Below are positions 29,348 through 40,534 of a DNA stretch of 64,000 nucleotides, piece after piece (within the stretch, counting starts at the first letter, position 1; each line of letters begins with the position of its first letter). Position numbers and translations under genes: made by a program. A model generated the notes under the pieces. That model was not told the DNA's origin and ran no database searches. It saw only the letters and a list, made by a program, of their open reading frames with translations. Source of the stretch: Eledone cirrhosa (taxonomy: Eukaryota); contig CAXHJY010000129.1 in NCBI GenBank assembly GCA_964016885.1, positions 18,370 through 82,369 of the forward strand, in the 5' to 3' direction.

Positions 29348-29447
29348 TGTATGTGTGTGTGTATATGTATATATATATATATATATATGTGTTTGTGTGT
29401 ATGTATATATGTGTGTGTGAATATATATATATGTATGTGTATATATA

Positions 29448-30637
29448 TCATCATCACCGTTTTACGTCCATTCTTCCACACTCCACGATCGGTTTGCAAT
29501 GGGAGAGCATGGGGCATATTGTCTATATGCTTCAGCTTCAACTTGTACCCATGCGAAGTCGGATCTTCTGTATTACTGCGTGACGCTAGAGGCCACGGTC
29601 GTGTGTCATCGCCTTTGAGAGGTGTAATTGGGAAAAGCGACTTTTATCACCTCATCCCAGGTCTTCTTGGGTCTCCCCACTCCGCAGTTTCCATCAACTT
29701 CTAGTGTTCTGCACCTTTTTATGCAGCTGTCATCCTTCATACACATCACATGTCCATACCAACACAACCACGTCTCCTGCACACAGCATTTAATTCCTCT
29801 TATGCACAGTCTCTCTCTCAATTCATTTCTGCTTCGCCGTTCGCGTATATTACTATAACACATCCATCGGAGCATGCAGTCTTCGTTTCTTTCTAATCTA
29901 TGCAAGTCTTCTACACACAGCACCCAGGTCTCACTACCATGTAACATTGCTGTTCGTATATACACATCATACAGTCTGCCTTTTATTTTGAGGGAAAAGC
30001 CTTTTGCAGTTAGCAGTGGCAGTAGCTCCCTGAACTTCTTCCATCCCGTTCTTACCCTAGTTATTGTACTTTCCGAACACCCACCTCTGCTGCTAATTTG
30101 GTCACCTAGGTAGCAGAAGCTATCTACTGTTTCTACAGAGCCCTCCCAGAGTCTGGTAGTGCTTGTTTCCTGTGGCCGTTTGCTGATTACTGTCCCGGTG
30201 CAGCTGTTACATGTAAAGCCTACAGTCCTAACTAAGCTTCCTGAGATCCCACTACATCTCTTGTGTACCCATAGTTTGAATTTGGGGCAGAGGATGAAAT
30301 TCCTACCTACACCTTTCCTACATACTGAGCAAGGCCATTTCCCTGAGGGCATCTGGGTTCTGTTTTCTCGTCTACGTATGAGGATCTTAGTTTTTGTCAG
30401 GTTGACTTTGTGACTCCTTCTTTCTAATCCCTGCTTCCATGTTTGGAATTTCTTCTTTAATTCCGCCATAGATTCAGCTATATGTGTAAGATCATCCGCA
30501 TACATAAGTTACCATGGGCATCCGGTCTTAGACTACTCTGTTATAGCCTGCAATACTAAAATGAACAAGAGAGGGCTAAGAACAGAGCCCTGGTAGACAC
30601 CAACCTGTGTGCTAAATTCCTCACTATAGTCATTGTT
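29448..30637 (-). mobile_element. RTE-clade LINE 3' fragment
   Basis: YADD, PHD-like KWPCSVC...HKRC...CNSC, F.YLG, MLHGSETW, GRPKKTW, and an (ATG)n tail. Confidence 0.95.
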
Positions 30638-30668
30638 ATATATATATATGTCTGTGAGTGTATATATA

Positions 30669-30925
30669 TCAGCATCATCATCATCTTCGTTTAATGTCTA
30701 TCTTCCATGCTAGCATGGGTTAGACGGGAGTTGTCCCACTTGTGGCAAGGTTGGTCGGGTGACCGTGTCTCGCTCATATAGGACTATCTGGCAGATTTTC
30801 TATGGCTGCATGCCCTTCCTAACACCAACCACATTTACAGTGTGGAACTGGGAACTTTTTACCGTGTGACATACACATCCACATTACAGCGTGGACTGTT
30901 TTTTTTTTATCATGACACCTACACG
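30669..30925 (-). mobile_element. RTE-tailed SINE-like repeat
   Basis: Same family as 28060. Confidence 0.75.
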
Positions 30926-31079
30926 ATCTCGATCTCATTATCGCATATATTTGGACTGGATGTTGTGGTACCAACTTTAAAGAGAGAGGATGGTATTAGT
31001 AGGAGTGGGAGGATAGGGTAGGGGTAGTTGATTGGGGTGTATATTTGGTTAAGAGGTGCCTACTGACTGTAGGTTTCGC

Positions 31080-32312
31080 TTTGTACATAGGCAAGGCGGG
31101 TCTTCTGTATTAATGTGTAGCACAAAAGATCTCAGTCCAGTGACATTGTCTTAGAGAGGTGTAAGTGTGTAAGGTCGGAATTTATCAAATTGTCCCAGTT
31201 TTTTCTGGGTCTACCTACTCCATAACTACCATCAATTTTGATCGCCATGCACTTTTTTATACAGCTGTCGTCTTTCATGCACATTATGTGACCGTACCAA
31301 CGTAGTCTTCTCTCGAGTAAACAACATCTGATCCCTCTTATTCCTAATTTCTCCCTTAGTTCGATTATGCTTTTCCGTTCACGTATATTACTATAACACA
31401 GCCAACGGAGCATGCATGCTTTGTTCCTTTCCAGTCTATGCAGGTCCTCTGCACACAATGCCCATGTCTCACTGCCATGTAGCATTGCAGGTATCATACA
31501 ATCTGCTTTACATTTTTAGAGTGAAACCTTTTGTGGCCAATAGTGGTATAAGCTCTCTGAACTTTTTCCATCCCATTCTAACTCTGGCTACTGTACATTC
31601 AGAGCATCCTCCACCACTGCTGATTAAACGGATTGTCCCCTATTTCTATAGAACCCTCTGAGCAGTTGAAGGAGCTAGAATTCTGTGGGCACTTGCTACT
31701 CATTGCACCTGAGCATCGGCCACATACAAAATCTATGTTCTTAGATAACTTACCTGTGATCCCACTATACATCTGTTATGTACCCATAGTTTGCATTTGG
31801 GACATAAAATGAAATTTCTGCCTACTCCTTTCCTACACACTGAGCATGGCCATTTCCCAGAGGGCACCTGTGCCCTATTTCCCTTTCTGCAAACTAGAAC
31901 TTTATTCTTAGACAAGTTAACTTTAAGGTCTTTTGATTCTAGGCCATGCTTCCATGTTTGGAATTTCTTCTCTAGTTCAGCCATAGATTCAGCTCTGAGA
32001 GTTAGATCATCTGCATATAGGAGTTCCCACGGGCAGCCGGTCTTAAACTCCTCTGTTATAGCCTGAAGGGCAATAATAAATAGGAGGGGTCTAAGGACAG
32101 AGTCTTGATCAACACCAACTTTTACACTAAATTCTTCACAATATTCATTGTTAATTCTAATCTTACTGAATGTTTCTTTATACATAGCTTGTATAGCTCT
32201 CACAAGCCATTCATCTACACCTAGTTTTCTAAGAGCCCACCAGATAATGGAGCGGGGGACTCTGTCAAAGGCTTTCTCCAGGTCTACAAAAGCTAAGTAG
32301 AGGGGTTTGCTT
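31080..32312 (-). mobile_element. RTE-clade LINE fragment with small internal deletions
   Basis: LAFVDLEKAFDRVPR, LLYADDL, PHD-like finger, RLRWYGH. Confidence 0.95.
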
Positions 32313-32425
32313 TTATATATATATATATATCTTTGAAAATTTTCATTTTATTTGTGCTTTCAGCTAGCTACTTGAATTTGATTTAATATAAAATTTTTCC
32401 ATAATATGCTTTATTTTTGTTTCAG

Positions 32426-32640
32426 GTGCTCCCATGATTACCTTGATATATATGCTGAATTGCAAAGTGACTCTGATAGTCTTCTAGATGCTTCCTTGAC
32501 AGGCCGTTTCTGTGGAGATGTTCTTAAAAATCTCCCACGGCTTGTTATATCATCAAGAAACGTTCTCATGCTCGGCTTCTATACTGATGATTATAAAGCC
32601 GATAAAGGATTCTCAGTATCCTATGAATTTATTGATGGCG
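32426..32640 (+). CDS. Host internal exon encoding the C-terminal half of a CUB domain; resembles suppressor-of-lurcher (SOL-1)-type CUB proteins
   Basis: Acceptor TTTTTGTTTCAG|G and donor G|GTAAGT. Translates CSHDYLDIY...GRFCG...SSRNVLMLGFYTD....KGFSVSYEF. The SOL-1 resemblance is from memory of the family, not a search. Confidence 0.9.
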
Positions 32641-33092
32641 GTAAGTATTATTTTATTTCCTCGATTTTTCAATTATGCAAATACATCACTGATTCTCCTT
32701 CAGCACATTTGGCTCCAGACCTCTGCTGAATTATCTGTCCTTGCTAAGCTAACAAATGTTATATAATAATAATTTAAAATGAATTACTAGAAACTTCTCA
32801 CATATTAATATTTCACTACCAAACCTTCTCAACACATCATTTTATCACCACTATTTTATGAATATTTTCCATGTTTACATGGTTTTAGTGGATGATCACT
32901 GTTTGATGCTAAATATGCAGATGAGATCAATGTGTCTTGCTCATGCATTACATTTTGGCCTGGTCTCTATGTCTAGAAGCCCCTCCTAATGTCAACTACA
33001 TCAGGATGTGTATTAGGTTTCTTTTCTCATAGCACCTGATTATATTTCCTAAAAATACATTATGAAACACCCTTTCTACTTCTCAATTATAG

Positions 33093-33310
33093 TAATGGTT
33101 TCTGGTTTAGGCACAAGGCCAACAAATTTTGGCAAGGGGAACGTTGATTTAATAAACCCTAGTGCATTACTGATGAGTCATTTTATCAACCTTATAAGGA
33201 TGAAAGGCAAAGCTAACCGCAGCAGGATTTGAAATCAGAATGTAAAGGAACGTAACTCTATGTTGCAAAGCATGTTGTTTGATACTCTACCAATACTGAC
33301 ATTCCACTCT
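33093..33310 (-). mobile_element. tRNA-derived Nin/Deu-like SINE
   Basis: Reverse-complement match to the 46580 family. Confidence 0.8.
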
Positions 33311-34430
33311 CTAACAATAATAATATAAGAGCACAAATGTTTTCAAACTTGCACTGTTTAGAAGCCATAACTAGGGATAAATGTAAGCAAAATAAGCCAA
33401 GAATTTGCCAAATTCACTGGAAGTGTGACAGTCACCAATATCTGCATATTTAGATGTTTGCAAGCAATGCACAGCATTACCTGTGGCTCTTCAGTAAATT
33501 TCTCTGGTGAGTTACAAAAAAGTCACCTGCCCTCTTTTAATTTTTTAATTATATCCAGATTAAAAGAGGTGTTGAATGACCTGTAAAGTACTCCCAGCTC
33601 ATTAAAAATGGGGGAGGGGGAATCGGTAATTTTTTTCAAGTTGTCTTCCTTGAATTTTTTTAAAACCCAGATTTAGTCGTTTAGTTTACATATTGACACC
33701 CCAACTCATCCTATTTATCTTATAATGTATGGGATTTCTTCACAATATATTTTTTTGTCATTCATAATATTTTTTAATGTCTAAAGAAAATTAATTACAA
33801 TAAAATTTCGGCAGAAATAGATTAGCAAAATGTAATATGCAGGTGGGTTGGAATAAGAGTGGGGTGGTGGGAATGGTGGAAAAATCTGAAAAATTGATAA
33901 GCAGTGGGGGAAGATGATTATTCAAGACCCAAGACTAGTTGTTTTTGGTGTCACAATAAGATGCACTCAGTACTCTCTCTGATGTGTTTGGATGTGTTTG
34001 TTATCAGTTGTATGTGTTTTATCATGCAATTGTATATGTTTGTTAGCAGGAATAAGTGTGTCTTCTAGTTAGTATGTGTGCAAGAATGTGTGAATATGTG
34101 TGCAAGCATATGTTAGTAGGAGTCAGAATGTGAGAGTTTGTGCATCTGTATTAGTATTCTTCAGTTAAAACTGTATTTATATATAATATAATTGATAATT
34201 AATCAATCAAAGTAAAAAAAAAAAAATGTTGCTATCGTAAAAAAATTATCTGATATAGAAAACTGAATTATTCAATATGTTTTGAAGATTATTAATTTGA
34301 ATCTATGTAATACTCAATTTTCTGCTTTATTTGTTTTTTCTATATATATTTTTACTTAGTTTTGAATTATATAAAAATATTTTCTTTTTCATTTTATTTT
34401 CTCAATCTCTATCTTTCAATCTCTCATTTT

Positions 34431-34468
34431 ATATTCTGATGAAGGACTAACGTCCAAAACATTAAGAT
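34431..34468 (+). ncRNA. Decayed PLE-type hammerhead motif
   Basis: CTGATGA-AGGAC-TAAC-GTCC-AAAACATT, versus the expected ...GTCC-GAAACGTT. Confidence 0.55.
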
Positions 34469-34720
34469 GCTTCTCCTACTATATCAAGTGTTAAACTAAT
34501 ATATATCATCATTGTACAATATTACTTTTCCTTGTTGACATTTTGCATACATACATACATGAGTGGGATTGGTTGAGTACAAGGCCTTTCCTCACTTAAA
34601 AAACCTTGCTTGTTCAGGATATTTTACAGGTTCATGTGGCTGACCATAGCCTACAAGTGCACCAAACTCTATAATCTGACAAGCGATTGCAGAACTCTTA
34701 CCAGAGTTTGCAGCCATCAT

Positions 34721-34766
<46 letters not shown>

Positions 34767-35036
34767 GCTTGGTGTATAACATTCAGTTACTGATAGTTCA
34801 CTAGTTTAAGCACTCAATGCATTCTTGGGTGGTAACCAGCTTTGGTATCCAGAACAAGCAGTTTAATAATAATAATAATGGTGGTAATAATAATATCAAG
34901 GGGGTTTCAGGGTTTATTTCAGGTTAGTTACATGCACAAGTTTGTTTTATTAGGTACACATAGACACAAATAACCAATATCTGAACTTGTAGCATCATTA
35001 TACACTCATACAAACCCATATGCACATATATACTCT

Positions 35037-35290
35037 CATCATCATCATCATTGTTTAACATCCATTTCTCATGATAGCATGGGTTAGAGAGGTTGCCCCA
35101 AAGTGAGACAAGCTAGGTCCGATGACCCTGGCATGCTCATATAAGACTGGTTTTGGTGTGATTTCTACAGCTGGTTCCTAACACCAACCACATTTACAGT
35201 GTGTGCTGGGTGCTTTTTGCCATGCCACCTCTATAGTGTAGGCTGGACATTTTTTTGTTGCGACACCTGCATGACCACTTTACAGTGGTG
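35037..35290 (-). mobile_element. RTE-tailed SINE-like repeat
   Basis: Same family as 28060. Confidence 0.72.
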
Positions 35291-36489
35291 ATATTTATCC
35301 ATACATAAGCACACCTATGATAGTCCACATGAGTATGTAGACATAGTCATACATACACTCATACAGATACCATCATACATAATTTTCACTAACACCCATA
35401 AATATACAATAACATTTATACATACACACACATATATATATATACCCATACATATATATATACCTAAATATACCCATACATATATATATATACCTAAATA
35501 TACCCATACATGTATTCATTTAAAAGTCATACAAACACTTATCCATACATATACTAGCGTTTCACACATTTGAAAATGATGATTGATTTCAAATCAGTGA
35601 TATAATTTATGGAGAAAATCATTGCATTTCAATATTACTCAATGTAAAATGTAATGCATGAAAAATTGGAAAACATCATTTTTTGTAATATATCAAATCA
35701 AAATTACATTATTAAATCTCATTCTTATTTTGTTTCTTGTAAATAATTCTTTTCAAAATATCAATTCAAAACTTTTGTGAATAGGCATCATATCTTGTCA
35801 TTTACCTATGGTTTAAATTTCATATAAATCAAAGGGAAAACCTTTTCAGTGGGGGTTTGTGTTCCCGGGGAAAACTTTGATTAAAATGAAATATACTTAT
35901 CCAAGTATCCTGGGCAATGTAGTTTCAGAATATATATGGTTATGGGGGTCTATCTCCCAAACCATAGGTGGAGAGGAACTATAACTTTATATATATATAT
36001 ATATATAAGTTAAAACAATGAAATAAAAAATCAAGTCATTAGAGATATACTTCACTGCTTTACGATCGTTTCTATATATATATATACACCTACATACACA
36101 TACATACACCTACATGTGATGATTTCTCTACAAATGTATTGAAACTAATATTCTTTGGAAAATGAAACATATGTAAATAAAAAAAAAGAATGTGTTAATT
36201 GTTGAACCCTGCTAATCACACACACATATATATAAATGATATAAAGGTGTGTGTATAATATTTGTTATTAAATATGATTGTTTACTTTAAAATATTGAAT
36301 CTCAAATAATTGCAGCCAATAAAAACAGTGGAATGTTTAGATAGACCGATTATATCAGCCAGACCACTGAGTAAACAGTCATTATGAATAACAGACAGTA
36401 TAGTGATTCTGTATACTGCATATGTGTTCTTCATACACTGCATGTTTAAAGTTGTTATCACACTCACTGACAATTAACCATATATATAT

Positions 36490-36733
36490 TATCACCCTCA
36501 ACGTTTAACGTCCATCTTCCATGCTAGCATGGGTTTAGACGGGAATTGTTCCACTTGAGGCAAGATTGGTCATCTCGCTCGTATAGGACTGTCTGGCAGA
36601 TTTTCTATGGCTGAATGCCCTTCCTAACACCAACCACGGTTACAGTGTGGACTGGGAGGTTTTTACCGTGTTACCTACACGGCCACATTACAGCGTGGAC
36701 TGTGTGTTTTTTTTGTCGTGACACCTACACAAC
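36490..36733 (-). mobile_element. RTE-tailed SINE-like repeat
   Basis: Same family as 28060. Confidence 0.75.
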
Positions 36734-37065
36734 CTAATTTATTTAGGACTCGATGTATATATAAGTATGTATATATATATGTATGTATGTATTTATAGAA
36801 AATAATGAAACAAAACAAAATTTCATTTCTCACTCTTAGTACGGCTGATACTTAAATATAAGTATGTAAACGTACATACATATATGTATACAGACGTACA
36901 GGAGTATGTATATATATACATACATGCACACATATATATATATGTACGTATGGGTTTACCGAACATTTATTATAATGTTCGGTTTGTTTGTAAACAAACA
37001 GCCCGAATTAAGCCGTACAGTGTTCGGCAACCATCATTGCCCTTTTGTTCAACACTGACAAAGGA

Positions 37066-37108
37066 ACGATGAACTAGTTTCAAGCTTATTAGCTATCGTC
37101 AGCATCGT
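37066..37108 (-). ncRNA. Minimal type I hammerhead ribozyme motif, intact core
   Basis: ACGATG-CTGACGA-TAGCT-AATA-AGCTT-GAAA-CTAG-TT-CATCGT. Confidence 0.85.
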
Positions 37109-37410
37109 ATACCTTCCTGTCAAATGATTGAATGTTTGAAAGTATATCCTTTCCTTATGCATATTAATGGCTGAGCAGCCTAATTTGCATATCAAGTGAG
37201 ATAGTCGGCCGGGTGTACCGAAAACGATAAATGAAAAAGAATGAAATGAAATGAAATTTCTCACTCTTAGTATGGCTGATACTTAAATGTAAGTATGTAT
37301 ATGTACATACATATATGTATACAGACATACAGTAGTATGTATATACATACATGCACAGATATATATATGTACATATGGGTTTACCGAACATTTATTATAA
37401 TGACAAAGGA

Positions 37411-37453
37411 ACGATGAACTAGTTTCAAGCTTATTAGCTATTGTCAGCATCGT
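37411..37453 (-). ncRNA. Second tandem hammerhead copy, G8A mutant
   Basis: Identical to 37066-37108 except CTGACAA in the core. Confidence 0.7.
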
Positions 37454-37607
37454 ATACCTTCCTGCATGTATGTATATATATATATACATACTACTGTACG
37501 TCTGTATACATATATGTATGTACCATTAATATGCATAAGGAAAGTATATACTTTCAAACGTTCAATCATGACAGGAAAGTATTCGATGCTGACGATAGCT
37601 AATAAGC

Positions 37608-38352
37608 TTTCATGTGCATCACGTGACCATACCAACGTAGCCTTCTCTCGAGTAAACAACATCTGATCCCTCTTATTTCTAATATTTCCCTTAGTTCGTT
37701 TATGCTTTGCCGTTCGCGTATATTACTATTACACATCCAGTGGAGCATGCAAGCTTCGTTCCTCTCTAGTCTGCGTATATCCTCTGCACACAATGCCCAG
37801 GTCTCACTGCCATGCAACATTGCTATTCGTATGCAGGCATCATACAGCCTGCCTTTCATTTTTAGGGAGAACCCTTTAGCGGCTAATAGTGGTATAAGCT
37901 CTCTGAACTTTTTCCATCCAGTTCTGACTGTAGCTACTGTACTTTCAGAGCACCCTCCCCCACTGCTGATTTTGTCACCCAGGTAACGGAAGCTGTCCAC
38001 TATTTCTATAGAACCCTCTGCGCAATTGAAAGAGCTAGTATTCTGTGGGCACTTGCTGCTACTTATTACACCAGAGCACCGGCCACATGTAAAATCTATA
38101 TTCTTAGTTAGCTTACCTGTGATCCCACTACATCTTTTATGCACCCATATTTTGCATTTGGGACATAAAATGGAGTTTCTACCTATGCCTTTCCTACACA
38201 CTGAGCATGGCCATTTCCCGGAAGGGACCGGCGCCTTATTTTCTTTCCTACAAACTAGAACTTTAGTCTTAGCCAGGTTAATTTTAAGGCCTTTTGATTC
38301 TAGGCCGTGCTTCCATGTTTGGAATTTCTTCTCTAGCTCGGCCACTGATTCA
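37608..38352 (-). mobile_element. RTE-clade LINE fragment (open frame, PHD-like finger)
   Basis: ORF 37599-38345 with FRYLG, MLHGSETW and RLRWYGHV. Confidence 0.95.
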
Positions 38353-38670
38353 ACTGGGTCAAAGACACTTTGAGCGCAGCCAGTTAGAATCTTATCTTTC
38401 CTTCACCGATAACAATGTATTTTATGTCTGAAATTATTGACTCAACCACAACGAGTTATCACTATGTAGATCTATTTTATTCCCTATTATGTATATATAT
38501 ATATATATATATATATTTGTAATATAAACCCAATTCCTTGCAAGCAGGGAAAAGCAGACGTAAAATAATGATGATGATGATGATGATGATGATATATATA
38601 ATATATATATATAATATATATATATTTTCTTATCTGTATAAATTCATCAAGTTCTCTTTACCATCTAGAA

Positions 38671-39348
38671 CAAAGGTTCTCAACGGAGGGCATATGCACC
38701 CCTGGGGGGCGTTTCGGAACTCCAGAGGGGCGTTTGGGAGCAAGGTCGCATTAGGGGGGCGTTTGGAGCTGGTTAAGGTGGCGTTGGAAGGCTCTTTATT
38801 TTGGTAAGTTTTATAAGCCATATTTGTATGTCTTTGAGACAGCCAGTGTGAATGCATTTGAATGAGCTTGCAGACAGCATAACTATAGTCTGACCGCAGC
38901 TGTGGGCAGGTGTGTCTGGTAATTGAGATCCTAAAAATGGAAAAACCCACAGTCAACTGGGTCAAAGACACTTTGAGCGCAGCCAGTTAGAATCTTATCT
39001 TTCCTTCACCGATAACAATGTATTTCATGTCTGAAATTATTGACTGAACCACAACGAGTTATCACTATGTAGATCTATTTTATTCCCTATTGTATAAATA
39101 ATATTACAAATAAAAAAAAAAGAAAAGAAAAAACAGAAGCGAGTAGCACACACATCTAGGACCACATACAACACATAATCAGATAATACACACATCTTTG
39201 GAATATTGTGAATCAATTTTTTAGTAATCTACTGATATAAAAATCAGTAGTATATTGAAAAATGGAAAAATAGGGGGGGGGGGGGGGGCGTTTCGTGATT
39301 TTGAGGGACAAAAGCTGGCGTTTGGCCTACATGGGTTGAGAACCTGTG
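38671..39348. mobile_element. Non-autonomous hAT (Charlie-type) element
   Basis: TIRs CAAAGGTTCTCAAC / GTTGAGAACCTGTG. Perfect 8-bp TSD ATCTAGAA at 38663-38670 and 39349-39356. Confidence 0.93.
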
Positions 39349-39371
39349 ATCTAGAACATTTGAGACATCTC

Positions 39372-39494
<123 letters not shown>

Positions 39495-39597
39495 TACATC
39501 TACCAACATATGCGTACAGATGTACACTAATACTAGTAAATATATAAGTTATGTCAAAGTACCTAGGTGGTTCAATGCAGAGGGATGCAGAACAATT

Positions 39598-39847
39598 ATA
39601 TGAAAGACGTAAAATAAGAAAATTTTAAAAATTAAAAATTAACTTACTTACTAAAATTTTCACTCCAACTAATTAGTTTCTGTAATGGGATAAATATAGT
39701 TACACAATGTAACTATCGAGAATTCTCGATAGTTACATTGTGTAACTATATTTATCCCATTACAGAAACTAATTAGTTGGAGTGAAAATTTTAGTAAGTA
39801 AGTTAATTTTTAACTTTTAAAATTTTCTTATTTTACGTCTTTCATAT
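39598..39847. repeat. Spacerless 250-bp palindrome
   Basis: Centre GAGAA|TTCTC at 39722/39723. One mismatch was seen between the arms. Confidence 0.95.
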
Positions 39848-39929
39848 ATATATATATATATTTATTAAAATAACAGATTAAAGTTGGATTTTAGTCTTCA
39901 AATTTATTATTATTACTATATATATATAT

Positions 39930-40142
39930 ATATTTCGTTTCTGAATTTGTTTAGCAAGATTCTTTATCTGAAAACGTGTGTTGAAACCGATATTGTTATA
40001 CTTTGGGAGGGTCATGTTGCCAAAAAGAAACACACGCACCAGTTGCTTTCACTTCAATTTATTATAATAAATTTATAAATTTAGGAATTTATAAATTTCC
40101 AGTTGGTTGGTTGGTTCCACAACCAGATGGTTGTTTATATAT
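39930..40142 (-). repeat. Copy of the pLTR-like tail at 20956-21160
   Basis: TTTCGTTTCTGAATTTGTTTAGCAAGATTC... is shared, and both copies abut (TA)n. Confidence 0.85.
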
Positions 40143-40534
40143 AAACTAACTATATAGTATTTCATGGATAGTTGGCTGTATTATTTTATATGAGACATAA
40201 TTAAATAAATCTCTCTTTCTTTCCATACGATCGTTTTGTTATAAGATTTCTACAAGGTGGGAAAATTATGTCCAAGTTATGTAGAAGCTTGCATATAATC
40301 CATAGAAATCCACGCAAGTGGGCCCTTATAACTCATCAGTGGATGCCCAGGCAATATCAATATAAAAAACTATATTGATATTAATATTCAACGATGGTCT
40401 CCATCAGTGCTAGAAGGACTGCTAAGTTTGAAAGTCCAGCAGTCCTTCAAAAAGAAATTTCACACTGTCTCTAAATGGGAAGGGGAGGTCATCATAAAAT
40501 ATAAAATAATATACACATAGATCATTGAACACAT

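Larger units (their letters stand above)
36800..37609 (-). mobile_element. Partial tandem (~430-bp unit) of a hammerhead-bearing non-coding element with 5' inversion
   Basis: TTTCTCACTCTTAG recurs at 36826 and 37257. Hammerheads at 37066 and 37411. An inverted segment spans ~37465-37609. Confidence 0.75.

Noticed and set aside
32406-32729. 107-aa ORF as a complete gene
   Set aside because: CUB similarity is confined between the splice sites at 32426-32640. The rest is intron read-through.
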